A stretch of DNA of 63,818 bases, counting the filler, from Kipferlia bialata (taxonomy: Eukaryota): the NCBI GenBank assembly GCA_003568945.1. It is 5 parts of 5 records of this genome, joined end to end, with 100 filler letters (N's around TTAATTAATTAA, not from the genome) between each part and the next. Parts side by side here need not be neighbours in the genome. Positions count along the whole stretch, not along the records: positions 53,565 to 62,515 come from BDIP01000518.1; positions 62,616 to 63,818 come from BDIP01000662.1; 3 more parts are not named here. One strand, given 5' to 3'. The notes below the pieces were generated by a model. It was not told the origin of the DNA. It was given only the letters and a program-made list of their open reading frames with translations, and did not search any database. Below, piece by piece: positions 53,611-63,818 of this stretch; position 1 is the stretch's first letter, and each line of letters opens with the position of its first letter. The translations under genes and the position numbers were made by a program.

Positions 53611-55517
53611 ATCTGGGACAGTAGGACAGCCAGAGCACAGCTGGAGTGGGACATCGGTATGGTCAAGAGTATCTAGTTCTTAATTCTTTCCTACAGTTGT
53701 TGGTGGGGACTAACCTCTCACCCCAGGCTCTGTCGTCAACTCTGCAGCCGATGTGTACATGGATGAGAGCATCATCATGGCCGGAGACCAGGTACAGTCT
53801 CTTATCGACGAGTAGCGTTGGTCCATGTATCGACCATATCATTACACCCCTTAACCCCAGAACGGCCGTGTCAGTGGGTGGTCACTCAGACAGACGGGAA
53901 TGCCCCTGTGCACAAAGCAGGTGCAGCTCTCTCTCTCTCTCTCTCTTTCTGTGGAACATCCTTTGGTTGGAGGCTCTATCCTCTGAATATATGAGTGGAT
54001 TTGTCTAGAGTGGAGAGTATTGTTTCTAGTCTACCCCACTCACTCCTAGGTCAGCAACCCCGACATCGGTATCCGCACCATCTGCATTTCACAGGTATGT
54101 ATACCCTCATCACTTGTGGTATATACTCTGGATAAAGATGAGGATATCCGGAGGACCTTCCGATGATACCACGTCTATTGTTGTTCTACCATGTGCCTCT
54201 TACCCTTCTAGGATAACACCCGTGCTGCGTACGGTGCCGCCACCGGCTCTGTCTGGGTGGATACCATATCCAATGTGGCTCCATTTGATATTCCAGAGGA
54301 GACCGAGAGTCAGGTAGTAATCCTGGCATTCTCTCTCTCTCTCTCTCCCCTTCCTCTCTGCATGACTGACTTGCTAGGCTGCCATCCCCGAGGACCTTGA
54401 GATTGACCTGTTTGATGACCTAGGGTACAAGGGCATACTCAACCCCCACTGCTGTATAGCAGCACACTCGGAGTGTGTCACAAGGTGGGTGTGTACATGG
54501 AGTATGTTCATGCATGTATATACCCCCACCCCCTCCTCTGACCCCAGGGTGATGTTCTCCCACCATGACTACAAACTGGCCACATGCTCAGGGGACAGGA
54601 CGGTCAGGCTCTGGGTGGACTCAGGTCAGGGCTGGGAGTGGCATATATACACATACATACTCTGTTGACACATATTGGGACATGCACTCCCCCTGACCCC
54701 CAGAGAACCTCCCCGACGATCTGCACAGTCTGGATGTGCCATACGAGACATCGGACGAGGTATTGCTGTGTATGTATAATATCCCAGGCATTGACTGCGT
54801 CTACTATATATCTGATGTATCTATATTGTATGGTAGCTGCCCCTTACCCCCAGGACTCTGAGGATAGTGCCGCAGAGGGTGGGTGGGAGCATGACTCGGA
54901 GACTCGCCTTGGCAGGATATACGGGGCCAGGCAGGCTAGACTACTCTATGAGCAGGTATTGCCCCTATACACATGATGTATATTCACTGTACAGTGTCTG
55001 GTGTGTATGTCTCACCCTTAGACCCACGGCGATGACCCCAAGGTGGGCAAGGAGGCGACAGGCATCACCCAGCAGAAGAAGCAGGAGCAGAAGGAGAAGG
55101 CAGCCAGTGCACCAGGGTCCAAGGCTGAGATAGAGGGCAGCACCGACGGGGACGCCCCATACACATGGTACAGGACACTGGAGGGACACAGGTATGTGGT
55201 GGACATAGATGACATAGTAGAGACAGCCCTCCCCCCCTCCCCCCCTTGCTTACCCCCTAGGGAGTGGGTGTGGGACTGTGCCTTCAGCCTAGACGATGAC
55301 CTCCTGGTCACAGGCTCAGCTGACAACATGTCCTACTTATGGCACCTGTCTGAGAACACAGCCCTCGTCAGCTATGCAGGTGGGGTGGTAGTTATTGAAG
55401 TATATATATACATATATATACATAAAGACACATATCGGCAACCATTCTTCCCATATCTGACCCCTAGGCCACATGAAGCCCATCACTGCTCTCGCTCTGC
55501 AGGACATAGCCCAGTAG
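53611..55517 (+). CDS. LST8: TOR complex subunit LST8 (WD40), 3' part
   Basis: Spliced: IWDSRTARAQLE...IMAGDQNGRV...AHSECVTRVMFS...LATCSGDRTVRLW...RTLEGHREWVWDCAFSLDDDLLVTGSADNMSYLW...SYAGHMKPITALALQD, matching the LST8 GHxxWVWDCxFS signature. TAG at 55515-55517. Confidence 0.88.
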
Positions 55518-55946
55518 GGACATTACCTGTCTGCGAGTTAGAGAGAAGGTCCAGTGGACGGTTAATATCCTCCATCTGGTCAAAGGTTGTTGGTCGAGTT
55601 CCGCAGTATTGTGCTAATTGTTTACGATAGTTACGTTGTCTTTCCTCTTGTTTGTGTTCCTCTGTTAGGGACAGTGTTTTGCCGCTTTCATATTGTTTCT
55701 GTGAATAGATCATTGGTCGTGAGTCATGTGAGAGATTGTATATCTGTTGCCTTGTGTGTAGCCTTGTCACCGATGGACGAACTTGCTTGTCAATTGAAAC
55801 GTCGGCACTGTTGCATCAGTCTATACCCAACTCTCTACCTCTGTTACTGTATAGTGGCTGCACCGCTAGCTGTATAGGACGGAGTCTTGTACTGCTGAGT
55901 TCCATTCCAGTTAGTGTGCTCTCTTGTGCCTACAGAGTGTGACACC

Positions 55947-56264
55947 ATGGCACCTGGCCTGTCCATAGATACTGTGTCTGTGTCTGATGCAGATGCCCCC
56001 CCTATCAAGCACCCTGTGATCCTTGTCCCAGGGCTGGGGGGCACCGTACTGAAGGCAAGACACAATGGGTCAGGTAGTGGGAGAGACCCTCTAAAGTGTC
56101 AATTTTACGGTAGTCAATCTGGACAATTGCTCTCTCTTCTCTCACGTATCAGGCAAGGAGATCATCATATGGCCACGGTACCTCACCCAAGACATTGCAA
56201 CCCAAAGATTCGCGTGGGGGGACACCATCCCTGACCCCACTGACCCATCCAGCCCATACTTCAG
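55947..56264 (+). CDS. Lecithin:cholesterol acyltransferase/phospholipase A-like protein, 5' exons (remainder in the gap)
   Basis: MAPG...KHPVILVPGLGGTVLKAR...|GKEIIIWPR matches the LCAT-family N-terminal PVILVPGxxGSxL...W motif. Confidence 0.65.
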
Positions 56265-56331
56265 GTAGTGCTACAGGTGGCATAGACGTCTGTGGGTTTC
56301 TGTGGTCTCTCTCTCTCCATCTCTGTCCTGC

Positions 56332-56376
<45 letters not shown>

Positions 56377-56719
56377 ACNNNNNNNNNNNNNNNNNNNNNN
56401 NNNNNNNNNNNNNNNNNNNNNNNNNNNNNNNNNNNNNNNNNNNNNNNNNNNNNNNNNNNNNNNNNNNNNNNNNNNNNNNNNNNNNNNNNNNNNNNNNNNN
56501 NNNNNNNNNNNNNNNNNNNNNNNNNNNNNNNNNNNNNNNNNNNNNNNNNNNNNNNNNNNNNNNNNNNNNNNNNNNNNNNNNNNNNNNNNNNNNNNNNNNN
56601 NNNNNNNNNNNNNNNNNNNNNNNNNNNNNNNNNNNNNNNNNNNNNNNNNNNNNNNNNNNNNNNNNNNNNNNNNNNNNNNNNNNNNNNNNNNNNNNNNNNN
56701 NNNNNNNGGGGGGGGGGGG

Positions 56720-56758
<39 letters not shown>

Positions 56759-56787
56759 GTGTTTGTGTAGGACATCGCATCCCTCAC

Positions 56788-56855
56788 CTAGCTTCTCCAC
56801 AGCCCTCCTTTTCACCCCCCTGTTGATCTCTGCATCTGTGGCACGGTGGATGTCA
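56788..56855 (-). CDS. Isolated exon of an unidentified gene running into the N-gap
   Basis: CTCACCCCCAG acceptor, DIHRATDAEINRGVKRRAVEKL, then a GTGAG donor. Confidence 0.35.
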
Positions 56856-57293
56856 CTGGGGGTGAGGGCATACATACATACACAAATATATATGGCGGGG
56901 GTAGGATCCAAGCACTTGAGTGCACTTCTACTGCTCATGATGCACACATATATGCCAGGTTCTTACTACTAACATGGTGTTCCTGCCTTTCACTGCACTG
57001 AGGTCTCATTCCACCACTCTCCAAGTACGAGATACTACTACTCTCCCTAGTGACACTGTCACTCCTTCCACATATATACCACCACCCATGTATACTCACC
57101 AAACTCTCATTATACCATACACACACCTGTTTGATGGAATGTCAGCCAGGTCCATGCTCCAAGTGGAGTCCAAGGAGTCTAGAGAGGGGGGGGGACGCTC
57201 ACTTTGCTCACTTTGAGGTACTAATAAACCCCCATTTCCCAGTTCAAAAACGTACGTTATATGTACGGTCTATTCAGTTGCCCTCTCCTTGAA

Positions 57294-58803
57294 TCAGAGG
57301 GGTCCTGTCAAGTAATCCCTGTTGTCCAGTGGCGGCCTGGCCAGAGTAGACACCTTAGCCCTGATATAGTCTCTGGCTGCCAACTGCGCCTGTGCCTCTC
57401 TCTCCCGCCTCTCCTCTCTCTCCATCCGCCTTGCATCTACCCCCAAATCATAGGCCTCTCTTACTATTGCGAGGGTCTCATCACTACTAGCACACTCAGC
57501 TTCAGCCTCACAGTTACTCCAGACGGCCTCTGTCTCGGCGACATATAGAGAGTACTGTTCCAGTAGGAGGCGCTCAACCTCAGCTTCCACTTCAGCCCTA
57601 GCTTCACATATACCCAACATCCTGGACTCTACCTCCCCCCACAGTATGTCCACCGAGACGGACTCCTTCTCTTCTTTCTCTCTGTCTCTCTCCCTCCCTT
57701 GAATCTCCCTGAGAGGCGCCCATTTGTCTGAACTGGGTGTAAGACTGTCTTACAGTAAGACAGAAGGAGAGGTGTGGAGTCAAGATAGCTAGTGGACGGC
57801 CACAGGAGGGGGGGGGGAGGAAGACAACGTGAGATTGAACAGAGAGAGAGTGCCTATATCCTTACCTTAGTATATCTCTGACCACAGCATCAAGGATAGC
57901 CCTCCCATACAGGGTGTCTGCAAACAGCTGCTGCTGCCTGGCCTCCACCACCCCCTCAAGTGCCTTCCACCTCTGCCACTCACCCACATACTCATGTGGT
58001 AGGGTGTATACCGTGCCTCTCACCTCCTGAGCTGCATCCGCTCTCTCTCTCCTATCATCATCCTTGTCATACCGTGCATTCATACGTTCCCAGTCCGACT
58101 CGGTCAGTTCATCCCAGTAAGACTCAAACTGCTCCCAGTATTATACTGGGCCAGTATAAGTCATACAGCTCTGGAGTATCAGCTGCATCCTGTTTGTCCC
58201 TAGTCAGCATGTATCTCTCACGCAAGGCCTGAAGGAAAGCTGAACTCTCAGCCGCAGTCTCCTCTTTGTCGAGGGCCTCTCCCCTCTCGTCCAGGAGGCG
58301 CTGCTGCTCTACCTCGTCCTCCCATTGACGGCACATCACACGTAGCTCCTCCCTCAGAGTAATCTGCCTGGATATAAGGCTTAGTTGATGTAGTTGAATA
58401 CCAGATACTGAGGAAAATGAGTTGACAAGAGGCAGTGAATATGCCACTACATATCCAAACACTTATATATATGGCATACACCTGAGCACCAGAGCATGTA
58501 CTACAATATGTATATGTATATATAATGTATATAATGTATATATATATATATGTATATATACTATACACCTGAGCACCAGAGCATGTAGTGTTGGAGAGAC
58601 CCAGTCTCCAGTCAGACTCTCTGGGTTGTCCTTTACATGCCTAGAGTGAGTATATAGCCCATCCAGGCACAAGAGATATGATATATGAAAGTATGGTCCA
58701 ACAGCTACTTCTACTGATTCTCTCACCTCATCATCCTCTGCAGAGAGTAATCATATGATTCCTTGACTGTCAGCAGGTCATCGGCAATAAGGGACAATGC
58801 CAT
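57294..58803 (-). pseudogene. Glu/Arg-rich coiled-coil protein gene with frameshifting palindromic insertions
   Basis: MALSLIADDLLTVKESYDYSLQRMMR|HVKDNPE...LVLR|QITLREELRVMC...ELYDLYW[+16 nt at 58141-58156]EQFESYWDELTESDWERMNARY...|...EAEVERLLLEQY... I found no GT-AG intron that repairs the 58141 shift. Confidence 0.55.
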
Positions 58804-59308
58804 GCCTGAAGTGGTACAAGGCAGCGAGAAGAGAGAGACTTAAGATAGGAGGAGACAGACGTTTGAAACTGTCGGAAAATCCGATTCTGTTTCTAAGGCC
58901 TATTGATTCGCTGACGATAACTTCAATGCACAAGGCCTGGTATATATAGTATATTTGTTGCCCTAGGAGAGAACACTCCATCAGAATAATGAAATATGAT
59001 AGTAATCTCACAGTTGCATAGACGTATTTATGGAGAAATAGCCAAACATGAATACAACAGCCCGGATCATCAGAACCAGGTGGTGAAGCGGCTATATCAC
59101 TGTACTACCAGCACATCAATGAACAATGATGATATTGTACGGAGACGAAGAGTCACTGAGACGAAGTATGGTAATGAAAATGAGAAAGAGGATCGTCCTC
59201 TCCCTCCCTGTCTCTCTAACCCTCTCCCTCTCCTCACCATGCCTATCCCTACCAGTGAGGGTGTCAGGATGAGTATGTACATCTAAGAGGTGGCGGAGCG
59301 GATTCCGT

Positions 59309-60119
59309 TTAGCTGTCCTCCTCCTTTCTCTTGGACTTCTTGTCCTTCTTACTCTTCTTCTTCTTCTTCTTCTCTCCCTCTCCCTCTCCCTCTCCCTCAG
59401 TCTTGGACTTCTTAGACTTCTTAGGCTTCTTGGTCTTCTTGACACTCTCAGGTACTGTCTCTGTCTCTGTCTCTGTCTCGGCTACCTCCTCAGGCTTACG
59501 CTTGGCCTTCCTCTCCACAACCTCTCCCTCTCCCTCTGTCTCTGCCTCTCTCTCTCTCTTGCTGCTCATCTCCTTCTTGGCAGCTGCTCTCTTCCTCTCT
59601 CTCTCCCCTGCTAGAGAGGACCTGAGTATTAGATAATGTAATTCAATAGGGTCATTAAACTATACACGTTCAAAGAATTGCATATATATATATATATATA
59701 TACTGTACCTGACGACTGGTGTCTCGATAGCATCCTCGGGAAGGAAGACGCGCTTCACAGAGGGACCTGGGGTTAGAAAGCAAATTGAATATGTATATAC
59801 ATTGAGAGAGAGAGAGGGGGGGGGGTAGAGAGATACATACACGAACCCTGGTTCTCAAACATATCGTGGAACTCCACCCTCATCTTGAGCTCTCTCCTCT
59901 GCGCAGTGCGCCACCTGGGGGTAGGTTATAATATATACAGATATGTGCATATATACATATACATATATATATTGTCAAATATATATAGTATGTGTATGTG
60001 TTCATACTTCTCTCCTCTGGGCAGTGCGCCACCTGGGGGTTAGTATACATAAAAGTACATAAGAATGAATATATGGCTGCTTAGACTTACATGCAATACT
60101 CATTCACCATACCAAGCTG

Positions 60120-60153
<34 letters not shown>

Positions 60154-61589
60154 TAAGATAGACCTGACTGTGCTGTCTGACTCTGGGTATGTATATACAG
60201 TCCACACACATATATATATATTGAATATATATACAATATACCCAATTATGAATACACCATACCTGGCTGCGCTGTCTGCCTCTGGGTCTGCTCTTCTGCC
60301 TGCATCGTGGTACTGGCGCACACGCATCCTGGGGGTAAGATTAATATCGTTAAGATATATATATATATGTGTGTGTGCATATATAGTATGTATGAGTATG
60401 AACAAGGCGCACACGCATCCTGGGGGTAACCAGGAATATGTGGTACAATTATATACACATAATGAATATATAGTATGTATGTACCCACCTCAGCAGCAGC
60501 TCTCTACCCCATGACACTATCTAATAACAATTATAATATGTACGTATATATATATATATGTGTGTGTATGAACACCCATACCTCAGCAGCAGCTCCCTGC
60601 CCCATGGCTTCCTGGCAATGGCATGCTCACTACGGCCTGGGAGTAAGAGAAATCCAATGTTAATATATAGGATGTGTATATATATAAATATAATATAAAG
60701 GTATAGAGGTCAATCATAACCTCTTGATATATACCATTTACCAAATATATATATGTATATATATACACACATATATATATCCATCCAAACCTGCGAGTGC
60801 CAGCAGAATGACCTCCCTGGTCTCCAAGTATACATATAGTATANNNNNNNNNNNNNNNNNNNNNNNNNNNNNNNNNNNNNNNNNNNNNNNNNNNNNNNNN
60901 NNNNNNNNNNNNNNNNNNNNNNNNNNNNNNNNNNNNNNNNNNNNNNNNNNNNNNNGAAGAGTATTATAATCCATACCTGCGAGTGCCAGCAGAATGACCT
61001 CCCTGGTCTCGAGGTCTCTGTTGATGGCTGCATTGAGTGTGCTGTCCCTGCCTGACCCCTCCTCCTTGGAGGGGACTAGGGCAGACCAGAGAGACCAGAG
61101 ACCTCTGGAAGAGTTAGAGAAAGTAGGACAAGCATAAATATGTATAGAGAGAGAGAGTATCAGACATAGATGGGACAAGAGCAGACCACAGAGACCACAG
61201 GCCCCTAGGATGAGTATATGTATATACATATATATATATACTTAAATATAGGTGGAAGGGGTGGGGGGGCAAGGGCAGACCATAGAGACTACAGGCCCCT
61301 AGATGTAAATATAAATATATGTATAGAATAATAATATAATATAACAATAATAATATCCACAAGTGCACTCTATAGGTACCAGAGACCTCTGAAGGAGACA
61401 GTCAGATACTGATACTGATACATAGAGAGGAGAGCTGGGACAAGGGTATACCATAATGCCCAGTAGTGTATGTATCTACTAACCTGGCTCCAAACTTGTC
61501 TGCTGCCACCTCTGCTCAATTACATAACATATATATAATGTATATATATACATATACATATACATGTAATTATATAATTTATATATAAT

Positions 61590-61632
<43 letters not shown>

Positions 61633-62406
61633 TATAATATATATATACAATAGCCTATATAGTGATAGAGTGCGGGGACAAGGGCATACTACATGGGAGA
61701 TACCAACCTTGCTCCAAACTTGTCTGCTGCCACCTCTGCCCAGATGGGCTCCTTGGCCCTGGGGGTGAGATTAGGTACAACGACACATTTACACTTGATG
61801 TATAGACATATCCACAAAGTATGTATATAGGCATACTATACCTGACATATGCCCCCAGTGCCTCCACTGTGAGTGAGGGTGGCAGGGCATACAGACATAT
61901 ATATATGTGTGATACATATATACACATATATACATATACTATATATATATATAATACCTGACATATGCCCCCAGTGCCTCCACTGTGAGTGATGGGGGCA
62001 GGGCAGTCAGCAGTTCAGCTCCGGTGGGACAGGTGAAGAAGAGGTGGGACTGGGGGTGAGATGGAGAATACCATTATGTATCATACACACATTTTCACAC
62101 ATTGAATATTGCCAAAAACCATATGTTGGTGAAGAACAGGTGGGACTGGGGGTGAGAAGAGTATAACTATCTATTCACATATATAGATGTGTCTGATTAT
62201 GCGTATATATCCAGTTGGTGAAGAATAGGTGGGACTGGGGGTGAGATAGAAGAGTATATAGAGTATATTATACATACACTCCATATATTCATCATTTGTG
62301 TACCTGCTCGTTGTCCATGACAGCCAGGCCCTGTGCAAACCTCTGACACAGGGGGTGGGGCAGACCTAGGCCCCTCCTCACAATCTGGGCACCAGTGTTC
62401 CAGCAC
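59309..62406 (-). CDS. NOP9: NOP9-like (PUF-repeat nucleolar protein) 3' part with a KKE/KKS-rich tail
   Basis: Spliced: ...IWAEVAADKFGARGLWSLWSAL...TREVILLALAGRSEHAIARKPWGRELLLRMRVRQYH...RWRTAQRRELKMRVEFHDMFE. This resembles the NOP9 C-terminal repeats (LAxxxxGSRVxDxxW...xxxxxxFGxxV...W). A Lys/Glu-rich tail follows. Confidence 0.55.
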
Positions 62407-62515
62407 CTGAGAATGAGGGTGTAGAGAGAGAGAGGGGGGGGGGGGGATAGAGAGAGAGGGCTTCCAGGATCTGAGAGTACAGGGAGATGGGCAGAGAGAG
62501 AAGGGAAGGTGGTGG

Positions 62516-62615
62516 NNNNNNNNNNNNNNNNNNNNNNNNNNNNNNNNNNNNNNNNNNNNTTAATTAATTAANNNNNNNNNNNNNNNNNNNNNNNNNNNNN
62601 NNNNNNNNNNNNNNN
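62516..62615. other. Artificial contig-joining spacer
   Basis: N-run with central TTAATTAATTAA. Confidence 0.95.
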
Positions 62616-62631
62616 GGGGGGGGGGGGGGGG

Positions 62632-62662
<31 letters not shown>

Positions 62663-62846
62663 CTATATCCATCAATATCCATATCTGCAAATACAAACGT
62701 ATCCATATATATCCATATCTACACACCTTATGGCAGTGTTGGAGTGTGCCATGGGGGCAGGTGTATATGTATACATAGACCCATCCGTCCATCAATCAAC
62801 ATATATATTATATATACATGTGTGTGTGTGTATTAGTAATACATAC

Positions 62847-63252
62847 CTAGTAGCAGTGTTGGAGTGTGCCATGGGGGCAGGGGCATAGATGGGGGCAGGG
62901 CGACGTGCACCGTAGGTATCCCTGTATATCAGTACATGTATATATACATACATACGAATATATATATATACATATATACATATATGGGTGTGGGTATACC
63001 TTCTCACAGCAGGGGAGGGGGAGAACATATCCCCGGAGTCCCTAGCGGGTGCCTGGTTCACTGCACTGCGTGCTGTTGTCTCTCTGTCTCTCTCCTTGCC
63101 TCTGCCTCCTGCACCCCTGGAGGGGCCGGGTGAGTGCATCTGGGGTGGGTACAATGTATATATATACATATACATATATACATATATATATAGAGAGAGA
63201 GTGAGACTGCCACCTGCACCCCTGGAGGGACCGGGGGAGTGCATCTGGGGTC

Positions 63253-63289
<37 letters not shown>

Positions 63290-63355
63290 AAGGGTGGGAC
63301 CAGGGGAGTGCATCTGGGGTCATGTATGTATATCTATGCATACATATGTATATAC

Positions 63356-63392
<37 letters not shown>

Positions 63393-63664
63393 GGGTGGGA
63401 CCGGGGGAGTGCATCTGGGGTCATATATAAGTACATACATACATGTAGTTATACAGTAGAATATATATATACATAGTGTGTGAGAGAGAGAGAAGGGGTG
63501 GGGACCGAGGGAGTGCATCTGGGGTCATATATATATCTATATATCTATATATCTGTGGTATAATGTATATATATATAGAGAGAGAGACATACCTGTGGTG
63601 ACTGGTGCACTGGCTTGGCAGACAGTCTGGTGGGTCTGAGGGAGGGGGACTGCAGGGTCTCGAC
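62847..63664 (-). CDS. Internal exons of a low-complexity Pro/Ser/Arg-rich protein
   Basis: VETLQSPSLRPTRLSAKPVHQSPQ|MHSPGPSRGAGG...SPSPAVR|DTYGARRPAPIYAPAPMAHSNTATR with canonical splice sites. Four upstream acceptor echoes of ccccag|atgcactccc. Confidence 0.55.
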
Positions 63665-63767
63665 CTAGGTGTGTGAGATACATATATATGTATATATAGA
63701 GAGAGAGTGAGAGAGAGAGAGAAATCTGAGGGAGGGGGACTGCAGGGTCTCGACCTGAGTGTGAATG

Positions 63768-63818
<51 letters not shown>

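Noticed and set aside
56149..56826. Poly-Pro/poly-Gly ORFs around the N-gap (also 5645-5684, 62616-62662)
   Set aside because: These are poly-C/G homopolymers at gap edges or in intron pyrimidine tracts, probably with unreliable length.

Overview
Eukaryotic, intron-dense protist DNA, not prokaryotic. It is five unrelated contigs joined by artificial N44-TTAATTAATTAA-N43/44 spacers. The GT-AG introns with a fused branch-point/acceptor (CT[A/G/C]ACCCC(C)AG), the (AT)n/(CT)n-rich introns and the expanded divergent kelch genes suggest a free-living fornicate metamonad such as Kipferlia (inference, not verified). Genes reconstructed by hand-splicing: several kelch-type propeller genes and pseudogenes, including an inverted Zn-finger+kelch pair; a TRIP4/ASC-1-like C2HC5 protein; a 3-TM membrane protein; a pyridine-nucleotide disulfide oxidoreductase 3' end; a very divergent dynein-heavy-chain-like gene (>45 exons); a PHP/YciV-like phosphoesterase; an FG-GAP/Ig-like type I surface protein; LST8; an LCAT-like 5' end; and a NOP9-like 3' end. 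Two unexplained signals stand out. (1) Introns of several genes hold polar arrays of partial exon copies ('splice-junction echoes'): exon 5' ends with their acceptor stacked upstream, exon 3' ends with their donor stacked downstream. Many differ from the real exon almost only at synonymous sites. (2) A recurrent small insertion X[1..n-1]+revcomp(X)+X[2..n] (n=7-10, mostly 9) has the geometry of hairpin-type transposon excision footprints and frameshifts at least two genes. All homology calls come from motif recognition by eye, without database searches.
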